A DNA stretch of 64,000 nt from Eledone cirrhosa (lineage: Eukaryota): contig OZ024740.1 of assembly GCA_964016885.1 (NCBI GenBank), forward strand, positions 165,044,001-165,108,000, given 5' to 3'. Within the stretch, counting starts at the first letter, position 1; each line of letters opens with the position of its first letter. Made by a program: the position numbers and the translations under genes. The notes under the pieces are model-generated. The model did not search any database. It saw only the letters and a list, made by a program, of their open reading frames with translations, and was not told the origin of the DNA. Positions 1 through 11,737 of the stretch are shown here, piece after piece.

Positions 1-54
1 TTTTTGTGAAAAAACATAATTTTATAAGGTAAGGAAATAATAAAGGGTATAAAA

Positions 55-100
55 AATGACCGGTTTCGATGGGTCTGCAAAAGCCATCTTTTCAAATGTT
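55..100 (-). ncRNA. Decayed type I hammerhead ribozyme remnant
   Basis: Minus strand reads aacat-TTGAAAA-gatgg...ccatc-GAAA-ccgg-TC-attt. Stem II and the palindromic loop III are intact, but the CUGANGA box has two substitutions. Confidence 0.45.
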
Positions 101-372
101 GATTAATATTAAGAAAAATTAATAATACGAAGAGTTAAAATTTGAGACTTGAAAATTCAAGTATAAAATTCATTGTGGGATTTCATAGCAGTTTTCATCT
201 AGGTAGCAACAACAGGTTGACTGCTGTGTCCCTTTCTGGTAGTGAATGAGAAGTTATTTGGGGTGTGGGTTATTTTATAAAGGTCAGATTTAGCAATAGC
301 CAGCTGCTGGTCAGTGAGGGGGTGGAAGCAATATACACACACATACCTTCATCCACACATACATACACATAC

Positions 373-415
<43 letters not shown>

Positions 416-503
416 CACACATACATACACACACACATACATATACATACACACATACACACACACACACATATATATACACATATATATATATATATAT
501 ATA

Positions 504-987
504 AAAGAAGAAAAGATCAACATCATCGGTAACTACTCAGCCAAAGGTTTTATATCGGAGTTATCACAGTTTCCTGAGTTGCCTTCTCCTACCAGAATGC
601 CTTGACAAAGGCTAGGGGTCCTTTACTTCCAGTGGTTTAACAGCCCGATTATTTCTATGTCCCCGCGCATATATATACATGTATATGTGACAAAGTGCGG
701 AAGAACTCATAAGAGGCAACGGCCATCAAAAGTGTGTAAATATATATATACACACACATATATATATACATATGTATATACATATTTACACATTTTTGAT
801 GGCCGTTGCCTCTTATGAGTTCTTCCGCCCTTTGTCAGATTTTGCTTTTTGTCCTGCAGGGTGTCCAAAATCAGCCTCCTCACCAAGTAAAGTTGATGGG
901 GTTGCCGGTTTCGTCACCGACGACTCGACCATGCGACATGTTGTACTGGGTTACAGGATACCAGTAGCACTCAAGAGTGACCCGACA
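504..987 (-). mobile_element. Rearranged RTE-like non-autonomous retroelement fragments
   Basis: Similar to 44221-44528 (ccttctccta...gccttgacaaa.gcta; ggttg(c)c.gttt.gtc.cc.acgac...ttgtactggg.taca...ccagtagcac). Includes an internal inverted copy, 688-743 vs 782-836. Confidence 0.55.
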
Positions 988-1279
988 TGCATACATACAA
1001 ACATACATACATATATACATAAACTCTGGCAAAGCGAAAGACGTGCAGAGTAACCCAAAACATGCAAATACGAGTGATTTAAAGTACTTCAATAGTAGCG
1101 ACCGAAACATATGAATAGGTGCAACTAAGAATGAAAGTCACATATAAATAAACAAAATTTGTTACAACAGCAATTGCAGATATCTATAGATATAAAGAAA
1201 CAAACGTCTTCAGCACTAAAACTGTCCTCAATGATCAGTCTTTGGTTGGTTGTTTTACTTACTAGAAACAACAGTCACT

Positions 1280-1670
1280 TCTCTCCTATATCACAAAATA
1301 TAGAAGGTTGTGTTGGAGAATGAGAAGCATCTAAATGAAGGCATGAACTTCTAGAAATAGCAGCCCAAACTCCATCATATCACATTTTACATATTTAAAA
1401 AAAAGTGAGGAACAGATTGCCCTCTTCTTAAACACGGAAGGATGCCTTGAATAATCTAGTCATAGGCACACTGTGCCTAAGGAGACTACACGATCTGCTA
1501 AAATATGAAATCAAATCTCCATCCTATAGCATCCTACCATCTTAAAGAAAGACTGCAGTTATTGGACAATGAAGCTGCTGTTACACAAATATATGTGATG
1601 ACCATGTCTTTGATAGCTCGGATAATAGGTCTTCTTGACCTAGGTGCTGAACAACATCAACAGCTGCTAC
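1280..1670 (+). repeat. Degenerate interspersed repeat with internally repeated unit
   Basis: A unit resembling tagaaatagcagccaaatctccctcaaatc...tcttaaaaaa recurs near 1352, 1499 and 2116. Confidence 0.4.
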
Positions 1671-2314
1671 AGTAGCAAATGATCTCTTGCTGAAGAAGGA
1701 TCACAAAGAATTGAAGATATAAAATTTAACATAAAATTACAACGGATTATTTCCCCGAGAAGAAGAAAACTTACTGAAAGATTGTTCGTTCATGTCTACT
1801 CTCTTCTTTGAGCAGAAACTAAGAAGAAATTGCATATTTTTCAGTGGCTTCTCCAAAGAGGTACCTTCGTAAATCACAATACAGTTAAATTAAAAGCAAT
1901 AAGAATTATATTGACTTATAATGCCGTCTTCAAATAAACACAGTTTCTGTACTTGGGACATTATAGCATCTTGGATACCCGATTGAATTACATTGACCCA
2001 CAGTGGGTGTCATCTTTGCCGCAGTGAAGTATAACATGCTTTTGACGTAAGTCAACAATAAAAAATTATTGACTTAAGGAAGGAGCCTCTACATAGTGGC
2101 TTGATGCGCTCATATAAGAACCAAATCTCTCTTCAATAATATATACCGTATTAAAAAAGTAACAGCTTATTAAAATCTGTAATACTAGATAATTTGTCCC
2201 ACAAAAATAAACGATCACAGATAATTCAATGAAAATAGACGGGAGTCATATCATTCAATATAATTCCATCTTTTCAGGTATAGTGTAATCTAAATTATCT
2301 AACATACATACATG

Positions 2315-2437
<123 letters not shown>

Positions 2438-2440
2438 TAA

Positions 2441-3268
2441 GACAGGGGGGAAGAAAAAAATGGCTTCACTTGTGCTTTCAACAAATTTATTTTCTTCACA
2501 AAATCCAAAAAGAATTTTTTTCCGGATTAGAAAAACATTAAAAAAAAAAAAATTTATAAATTGAGTCGTTGGTTATTGGTATATAACTGAACTTCCACCT
2601 TCACAGCTGTATATATAGATGCATTTCCACATCCACAGGTGCATTTCTATAAACATATATTTCCACATCCATAGTTGTGAGAACAACCCCATTTCCACTT
2701 TTACAGCAATATATAACTGTACTTCCACATCCACAACAGAATTTCCACACCTATAGCTGCATTCATAATTGCATTTCCACATCTATAGCTGCATTCATAA
2801 ATGTATTTCCACATCTAGAGCTGCATTATAAATGCATTTCCACATCTATAGTTGTATCTGCAGTTGTATTTCCACACCTACACCTTGTGTTTATAGCTGT
2901 ATTTTCCAGACCCATAGCTATATTTTCCACATCCAATGCATTTATGAATGCAGCTATAGGTGTGGAAATTCTGTTGTGGATGTGGAAGTACAGTTATATA
3001 TTGCTGTAAAAGTGGAAATGGAGTTGTTCTCACAACTATGGATGTGGAAATATATGTTTATAGAAATGCACCTGTGGATGTAGAAATGCATCTGTATATA
3101 CAGCTGTGAATGTGGAAGTTAGTTATATACCAACAACCAACGACTCAATTTATAAAATTAAAAAAAAAAAATTTTTTTCTAATCCGGAAAAAAATTATTT
3201 TGGGATTTTGTGAAGAAAATAAATTTATTGAAAGCACAAGTGAAGCCATTTTTTTCTTCCCCCCTGTC
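2441..3268. mobile_element. Foldback MITE with about 335 bp inverted arms, flanked by TTAA
   Basis: TTAA(2437-2440)|GACAGGGGGGAAG...CTTCCCCCCTGTC|TTAA(3269-3272). Arms about 2441-2776 and 2935-3268. Internal ~30 bp subrepeats share the core atttccacatc. Confidence 0.8.
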
Positions 3269-3305
3269 TTAATATACCTAACTGTACCAATGATTACACA
3301 CATTT

Positions 3306-3344
<39 letters not shown>

Positions 3345-3631
3345 GGAAAAGAATGAAATGAAATTTTATTTCTCACTCTTAGTACGGCTTATACTTTAAT
3401 GTAAGTATGTATACGTACATACATATATGTATACAGACGTACAGTAGTATGTATATACATATACATACATGCACACACATATATATAAATACGTATGTGT
3501 TTACCGAACATTTATTATAATGTTTGTTCCTTTGTCAGTGTTGAACCAAAGTACGACGATGTACGGCTTAATTCGGGCTGTTTGTTTACAAACAAACCGA
3601 GCATTATAATAAATGTTCGGTAAACCCATAC

Positions 3632-3713
<82 letters not shown>

Positions 3714-4217
3714 ATGTATGTATATAAATACATACTACTGTACGTCTGTATACATATATGTATGTACGTATACATACTTACATTTAAGTATAAGCCGTAC
3801 TAAGAGTGAGAAATGAAATTTCATTTCATTTTTTTCCATTTATCGTTTTCGGTACGCCCGGCCGACTAACTCACTCGATATGCAAATTAGGCTGCTCAGC
3901 CGTTAATATGCATAAGGAAAGTATATACTTCCAAACGTTCAATCATCTGACAGGAAGGTATACGATGCTGACGATAGCTAATAAGCTTGAAACTAGTTCA
4001 TCGTGCCTTTGTCAGTGTTGAACAAAAGGGCGACGATGGTTGCCGAACACTGCACGGCTTAATTTGGGCTGTTTGTTTACAAACAAACCGAACATTATAA
4101 TAAATGTTCGGTAAACCTATACGTACATATATATATATGTGTGCATGTATGTATATATATACATAGTACTGTACGTCTGTATACATATATGTATGTACGT
4201 ATACATACTTACATTTA
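3345..4217 (+). mobile_element. HHR-bearing retrozyme-like element, family A (inverted short arm plus 1.5-mer tandem)
   Basis: Inverted arm 3345-~3524; sense arm 3525-4217 with cctttgtcagtgttgaac repeated at 3529 and 4006; TA-rich flanks; homologous to 34926-35411. Confidence 0.75.
3962..4004 (+). ncRNA. Minimal type I hammerhead ribozyme
   Basis: acgatg-CTGACGA-t agct aata agct t-GAAA-ctag-TT-catcgt: 6 bp stem I, 4 bp stem II, palindromic loop III. Predicted cleavage after 3998. Confidence 0.8.
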
Positions 4218-4320
4218 TATATACAGATACATACTCATATAACCGCACCGGCTGAAACTAATACATATCCATACATACATGGAGAAACTGACCCCCGATA
4301 AATGCTTAGATATATAAGTA

Positions 4321-4500
4321 ATTGTTTCTATTTTAGGCACAAGGCCAGCAATTACCCACTACATGACTGGTACTTTATTTTATCGACCCTGTAAGGATGA
4401 AAGGCAAAGTTAACCTCAGCGGGATTTGAACTCAGACTGTAAAGGGACGTAACTATGCTAGAAAGCATGGTGTCCAACCCTCTACCGATACTGCCAATTC
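4321..4500 (-). mobile_element. tRNA-derived SINE with Nin/Deu-like central domain
   Basis: Minus strand has a B-box-like gagttcaaatcc and the central motif gcctttcatcct...ggtcgataaaataaagtaccag. More than 10 copies in the window. Confidence 0.8.
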
Positions 4501-5423
4501 AGAATATAAAATGAACAACAAAACGCGCATATACCATAACAGAACAAAATGTAAGACGGATAAGCTGTACCAAAACAACATGGTGCCTGTGGTGACATTC
4601 ACTTGAGATGATCCATCTGATCAGAATATGAAATATATATATAAAAACAATACCCTTAATCATTTGTCATGCAAGTTTAAGTAAACAGTTAAGATTATCT
4701 TGGTTAGAACGATACGACCAACACAACTGTCTAATGTCATTGTATCTGCCTATGCATTCTAATAACCGGGGTATTTTCTCTTATCTGATCTTTTGATTAA
4801 TCACAACCATACCGTCGCTCTGATATCACCCAGATTTCTACCATTGTTTATGTTTCAAATTGTTTAATACGTTTGTTTGTTTTTTTCTTCTGTAGCATAT
4901 GCCTTAACCCAAGTGCGTGCGTATTTTATATATATTTTTCTTCTTCCGCGATTGTGGGTATGTGTTTGTGTGGGGGTGTGTATGTGGGTGCGTTTGTGTT
5001 TAAGTGCGACTAGTGTGTGTATGTTTGTGTGTTTCCGTGTCAGTATATCAGTATATATGTACGAACGACAGTGAATAAGTCTGTGTTCATGTGTGCGAGC
5101 ATGTGAGTACACATACAATCGTATGAGTAGGTCCATATTTTCGTTTGTTTACTTCAAATTACTACTACACTTACTGCAACGGTAATTTGAATTTGAAAAC
5201 ACCTTTTAGGTATCGTACCTTAAGAAATTTTAATATACTGAACACAATTCGATTTGCTACACACGATAATGCTGCCAATCAATTTTGGTCGTCTAGATGA
5301 TTTGGTAGGTACTCGCTTTAGTTATGGGTTTTAGTTGACTCTCTTGATGATTTCTTTTGAATGAAACAGTTCTAGTGTTGTAGAAGCGATTTCTATATTA
5401 AATATTATATATATATATATATA

Positions 5424-5744
5424 TTGTTATACTGTGGGAGCGTCATGTTGCCAATAAGAAACACATGCACCAGATGCTTTCACTACAATTTATTATAATA
5501 AATTTATAAATTTAGGAATTTAAAAATTTGCGGTTGGTTGGTTGGTTCCACAACCAGATGGTTGTTTATATATTGTCAAAGTTCTTTCGTCACACATTAT
5601 GTGACCTCTTCATTGACTGGGATTGTTTTCTTTGTTTTTTGTGCCTCTCCTTTGTTCTGTCCTACGCCATCTTGTTTTTGTGTGACACACACAAAAACAA
5701 GATGGCGTAGGACAGAACAAAGGAGAGGCACAAAAAACAAAGAA
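5424..5744 (-). mobile_element. HHR-bearing element, family B, ending in a perfect 57 bp-arm hairpin
   Basis: Left end abuts (TA)n and matches the reverse complement of 33750-33787. Palindrome 5628-5744 centred on 5686. Related to 56620-56820. Confidence 0.65.
5575..5617 (-). ncRNA. Hammerhead ribozyme with C3 mutated (family B)
   Basis: gtca-ATGAAGA-g gtcaca taatg tgtgac-GAAA-gaac-TT-tgac; same layout as 56658-56704. Confidence 0.6.
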
Positions 5745-7230
5745 TTGAGAAGTAGTTAGGAAGAAAAAGTACAGATTAGAGGTTAGAAATTAAAAAGAAA
5801 AGAAAAAAGAAAAGAGGAAGAAAGGAAAGTGATAAAGAGGAATGATATAGAATGAGTAACTTGTATTATATAATATATAATAAATAATATCGAAATAAGG
5901 TAGAAAGATGGGTATATTTAAAAAAAATATACCCATCTTTCTACCTTATTTCAATATTATTTATTATATATTATATAATACAAGTTACTCATTCTATATC
6001 ATTCCTCTTTATCACTTTCCTTTCTTCCTCTTTTCTTTTTTCTTTTCTTTTTAATTTCTAACCTCTAATCTGTACTTTTTCTCCCTAACTACTTCTCAAT
6101 TCTTATTATTACTCACCACAACATTATCCATTCTTCCATCTTTCTTCATATCATTGGCCATAAACATTATTATTATCTTTTTAATAATACATTATAGTAT
6201 TACCTTTAATAGTCCTTCGTAAACATAAACATTTTTTGACGTTAGATTTTTCTTCCTTAAATTCCTTATCTCTTCCCTTCATGCTCGTTTGACTTTTACA
6301 TATTACATATTACAATACATAAAAACAAACTTAAACCCTAACAAATTTCTTTTAATATATTATATTATTACCATTAGAAAATATTTCGTAAAGATATATA
6401 TATTTTTTTGATGTTAGATATTTTTTCTTCCTTAAACATTCTTTTCTTCTTAGCTTTCTGTGCTCATTTTTAAACAAACTATTTACGTACATATATTACG
6501 CACACATATTACATTACATAAAAACAAACTTAAACACTAACTAATTCCTCTAAATTCATAACTCATCCACTCTTCTACTTCTTTTCACATGATATCCTTA
6601 ATAACATTAATATTTTTTATTTTAATAATACATATTAACAATTTCTTTTCCTCGCACATATTATTAAACCCTTCAATATACAAACCTTAATTTAATATTA
6701 TTCTTAACTCCTTTTTCTCTTCATCAACTTTTAATTTCAAATTCTGTAAAATTATATATCATCTTCGAACGGCTTTTTAACTTCTCTCTGTGAGACAATA
6801 TATATTTTTCTCAGTTGTAAAGGCTATCTCTCTCTCTCTATCACCCATCTCTCTTCCTCCCTCATCCTTCCTTCTTATAATCCTCCCCCACCATTCTTTA
6901 CTCTCATCTCCTCCCCTTCCTTACCCTTTCCACCCCCTCCCCCTCTTTATTCCCAATATCACACATCAATCTTAAATTATTTTTCATATGTTGAATTAAA
7001 ACTTCACTATTCACAAGTGTTTTTTAACCTTAATATCATGTATCCTTATTTTATCTGATGAAAACCCAGATATCATCTCATGATGATATTTGTTTTTGAA
7101 ATGCGCATAATAAAATACTTGGAACTCTTTTAACCATCTGTTGATCTTATATTATTTATACTCCTGTCCTACAAACTGTAGAGTGCTACTTATCCGATAT
7201 TTGCATTGCGCTACAATAAAACTCACCCCT
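5740..7230 (+). mobile_element. HHR-bearing element, family C, with 180 bp snap-back inverted 5' arm
   Basis: Near-perfect palindrome 5740-6104 centred on 5922; long pyrimidine-rich body; HHR at 7047-7117; ends in (CA)n(TA)n. Confidence 0.7.
7047..7117 (+). ncRNA. Type I hammerhead ribozyme, intact core
   Basis: tattttat-CTGATGA-aaa cc cagatatcatc tcat gatgatatttg tt ttt-GAAA-tgcgca-TA-ataaaata: 8 bp stem I, long stem II, palindromic loop III. Predicted cleavage after 7109. Confidence 0.85.
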
Positions 7231-7282
<52 letters not shown>

Positions 7283-7286
<4 letters not shown>

Positions 7287-7366
7287 AAAAAAACAAAGAA
7301 GGTGTGGTAAGATACCAGGTGGACCACAACGCAGAAGTTCGGATCTAGCTGTCGGGGTCCTGACTC
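7283..7366. mobile_element. Short two-arm copy of family E
   Basis: gtggtaagataccaggtggacca matches the left arm of family E and gctgtcggggtcct matches the right arm. Confidence 0.5.
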
Positions 7367-7384
7367 TTTTTCTCTCTCTCTCTC

Positions 7385-7433
<49 letters not shown>

Positions 7434-7449
7434 TTGCAAGGTAGAGGAA

Positions 7450-7498
<49 letters not shown>

Positions 7499-8751
7499 GG
7501 GGGGGGGGGAGAAATATAATAAGAGAGACAATGGAGACCAATTACTTATTTATTAGAGCTGAATTCTTTATTTTTTAGGAGTAGACACGATAATTAAGGT
7601 CATCTCTCATGTTTTATCTTTTAATGAACTCCTTTTGGCAAGATCACAAGCAATATATTTTTTCAACTGATGTTACCGCAGTGTAGGAAGCTCGCAATAT
7701 AACTGACCGGTGAAATTATGGTATTGATAAAATATATATCAAACAAGCACTGTTGTTATTTACAAAACAAATGGTTTCCTCTCTCTACAAATTTCTACCC
7801 TACCCACTATCGGAAAGAATATCTCATACATTCATAAAATATTTTCAATTTCTAATCTGCTCCAGCCACATCTCTACCCCTCTACAACATATTTCTCTCC
7901 CTCACTCTCCCTCCCTCGCCCTCTCACTCATCACGCCCTTCCTTTCTGCTACGTTCAGTATCTGTCTCTCTACATATCTCTTTCGGTAGTTTTTTATGTC
8001 TGTTTTCACCTCTTCATTTCATACTTTCACTAAAATGGAATTTAAAACTATTATAATTTGAATAAAAATTTATTATGTTTTGTTATTAATTTTTTGGTTA
8101 GATTTTATAAATGTAAGGCCACACACAAACACGAAAAATAAATAAAGAAAAGTTACTGCCAAATGCCAAACTGGAAATCAAATTTACAATAAATAAATGA
8201 ATAAATAAAATAAAAAAGAAAGAAAAGAAAGAAAGCGCCACTAGAGAGCCGACTGAGGTGAAACTATACAGTAACAAAATCCTACTTCATCTGTTAACAA
8301 ATCTAATGCCTGAGCTGACTAGACCTTGTTGACATTTCAAAGATGCCGACTGAGTTGAATGAATGCTTGTGGGACGGGGATATTAAACATATTCTGGTGA
8401 ATAAATGGGATTGATAAACCTAATATTATGTTTGGGTTTGAGGTGTAACTTCACGAAATTACTCGATCTGTCAGTTGTATAAAAATATCAGTAAGGACCA
8501 AAAGGTTGAGGGAAAAATAGACACTAATGATTTCTTATGACTTCTAAAGTTGTGGAATAAATATGTGTGTTCAGTGGGGGCTAGAAGACGGCTAGCATTG
8601 AAAGTTATGGCACTTATAGAATTTCTAATTATATTCGTGCAGTTAGGTAAAACCATACCAACCAGGGAATCGAAATCAAGTTAGAGACATCATCTGCCGA
8701 CCCATCAAGCTCATGTCAAATTTTCAAACACACAAGCAAACAGATACACTA

Positions 8752-8783
<32 letters not shown>

Positions 8784-8897
8784 CAAGATAAATTAACGGA
8801 GCCATAGACTCTGTTTTATTGATTTCACACGCTCTCTCTCTCCCCTTCTCTAGTGTTTTACCATTTATACGTATCGTGTTATATATATATATATATA

Positions 8898-9846
8898 TTA
8901 CCGAATTCGCAGACCAGACCCCTTCTTCCTCCCATTAGACCTGTGCGAAATTCCTTCCTTGCTCACATTTCAACCAGGTTTGATGGTCTTTATTCTCTCG
9001 TTCACGATTTCACCGAATTTAAATTCATAGAAATCTGGGACTTGTCTCTCTCTTCCTCACTTTCTGTTGCTTCACCATTTTGTTTGTTTACCTTCGCGTC
9101 CCCTTTATTTACGTGTCCCAACGACTTTTTTTAGCCGTTGGTCGCACCAACCGGAGGTATATGGTCTTTAAAGTGATGAAATGCCTATGATGGTTGGAAG
9201 ACCACTGATGAAGGACAAACTTTTTTCATATGTAACCCATTTGCAACTCCGCAGCGTCCTTATTATCATATTTACACATATTTTCTTCTCTGCTGCTACC
9301 CGTCTATTTCGTTCTATGTATCTTTACCCTTTCTAGCAGTCTCTCTCTCTCTGTTAGCCTCTTCCTCACCCTTCACTCACTCATTCTCTGTCACTACCTC
9401 TGCTCCTCCACTTTCTTCCCGTTTGACCTGTGTGTAATTCTTTTCTCGCGCACTCTTGGCCAAGCTGGTATGAATTTTTTTTCTCTCTCTCTCTCGTCTA
9501 CGATTTCACAGAACTTATGATTACCGAATTCGCAGACCAGACCCCTTCTTCCTCCCGTTAGACCTGTGCAAAATTCCTTCCTTGCTCACATTTCAACCAG
9601 GTTTGATGGTCTTTATTCTCTCGTTCACGATTTCACCGAATTTAAATTCATAGAAATCTGGGACTTGTCTCTCTCTTCCTCACTTTCTGTTGCTTCACCA
9701 TTTTGTTTGTTTACCCTCGCGTCCCCTTTATTTACGTGTCCCAACGACTTTTTTTAGCCGTTGCTCGCACCAACCGGAGGTATATGGTCATTAAAGCGAT
9801 GAAATGCCTATGATGGTTGGAAGACCACTGATCAAGGACAAACTTT

Positions 9847-9851
<5 letters not shown>
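8898..9851 (+). mobile_element. Family D element, 1.5-mer tandem with 623 bp period, in (TA)n
   Basis: ttaccgaattcgcagaccag at 8898 and 9521; (TA)n on both sides; homologues at 24761-25420 and 53923-54600. Confidence 0.85.
9147..9224 (+). ncRNA. Candidate non-circularly permuted hammerhead ribozyme (family D)
   Basis: aggtaT-A(9161)-tggtctt ... GAAA(9178)-tgcct ... aagacca-CTGATGA(9205). Stems I and III can form; stem II is weak. Confidence 0.45.
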
Positions 9852-10092
<241 letters not shown>

Positions 10093-11569
10093 ATTCTATT
10101 CTGGAGCGATTGGCGACTGATTTTCTCTAAGAAACGATCTTTTCACTCACTTGTTAATTTGTGGTTGAGATTTGTTGGCGAGTGCTTATGGTTGGAGCGG
10201 ATTTTGAATTTCGACTCCTGTCGTCACGTAAATTTCTGAACGAATAAACAATCGGTAGCCAAACTTGAGTACGGGTATGGATATAAGGCACCCATTTATG
10301 TGTGTTCTATTGAAGTAAATAACTTTGTGTCTACTCTAGGATTTTTACATAACATTACATATTGAATACGCTGAGATGCAACCGGTACTAGTCCCGTCAA
10401 TTTCTTCTTCTTCTTATATATATATGCATTTCCTTTTCAAATAAGTTCCAATAACGCAAGCATAGAGTATAGACATTTATCTTTTTCGTATATCTTCTAT
10501 TGGATTTAGTAATCTAGGAACAGTGATTCCTAGAGAGTTGGCCCCATGAACGTTTTATCGCTTCTCTCCACTTAATTTAACTGACATACATTTTTTAACA
10601 CGATAGCTTACTTTCTTCTTCTTGCATTTTTTCTTCCCTTTCTTTTCTTCTTTTCTTTTCCTGTTTCATTCTCGAGACTTTCGTACTATAAGATGCAAAA
10701 CACTTTTCCCTGACCTCACACAAAATTCTGTGTACTTGTTATAAATTAATGGCTATAAATTAATTTTTTGTCTCTCGTTTCTTATTCCACTGAATAGCGC
10801 TTGGCTTGTGTCAGACGCTGTGTCACCGGGCGGACCACATCCTTGCAGTCTCAGCCGTTCCCTACTCAAACAATCTAAACTATAATAAAGTAAGAAGCGC
10901 GGGACTGCGTACGGTTTATAATATTTTTTATTCCATTAGTAAAATAAATTGGATTACTTTGAATAAATAATGAATGAATATTACATAATTTATCTACTAA
11001 ATTTCGTGGCTGTTCATTAAATATATTTTATTATTTATTTTTTTTAAAGATTCACTTCATTAAAATTATCAAATGTCAACACTTCTGGTGGTGATCGCTT
11101 AAATAAACATTAATTTTCTGTCACAAATTTTCTTCTAATGCAGTTTATATATAATATCGTCTTTTTTTAATGTATCTGGATTACGTTACTGATTATATAA
11201 GACAGTAACACAGTCGTCGTTCAATTTACGTGTATATTGTCAATTACGATTTTATTTGACGTATCATATCTACATGTATATATACTTGCGTATAATATCA
11301 ATATACACACTACACATGCTAGCAGAAAACTATCCGAAGTGTGGTTTTTCTGCTAATAAGATTATAAGCGTTGTACGTAAGAAAATATAAACACGTTGAT
11401 ATAAAACACGTTATTATAACGTAAGCAAACGACAACGCATACTTGTATATTATATAAACCCGGACTATCGATAATTTCTGTTCTTCAGTCTGATCATAAC
11501 AATTACACATGCAACTGTTATTAACAGTAGTTGTTATATCTGTAGATATTACAGATCTGTACACTGCAG

Positions 11570-11737
11570 TACGTCAGACGCCATGCTTTGCATCATAGAG
11601 TTAGGGCCCTTTGTGTTCTGAGTTCAAATCCCGCCGAGGTTAACTTTGCTTTTTATCCTTACGGGGTCGATAAAATAAAGTACCAGTAATGCACTGAGAT
11701 AATTGCTGGCCTTGTGCCAAAAGTAGAAACAATTATA
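11570..11737 (+). mobile_element. tRNA-derived SINE, same family as 4321-4500
   Basis: ttctgagttcaaatcccgccgaggttaactttgc...cggggtcgataaaataaagtaccag...ggccttgtgcc. Confidence 0.8.

Noticed and set aside
265-532. YI/HT/CV-repeat ORFs here and at 9804, 22274, 43694, 44648-45390, 46797, 58459 and 62071-63191
   Set aside because: Translations of stop-free dinucleotide microsatellites, open in several frames on both strands.
2590-3120. Regularly spaced ~30 bp repeats resembling a CRISPR array
   Set aside because: The units are degenerate tandem copies without unique spacers, lie inside a foldback element, and the context is eukaryotic with no cas genes.
5628-6104. Palindromes as sequencing or assembly fold-back artefacts
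   Set aside because: Most arm pairs carry substitutions, and the pattern recurs with family-specific ends and consistent polarity. Read-level confirmation is still advisable for the perfect ones.
8240-8278. GAAA motif similar to 47724-47746
   Set aside because: No recognisable CUGANGA box or stem I.
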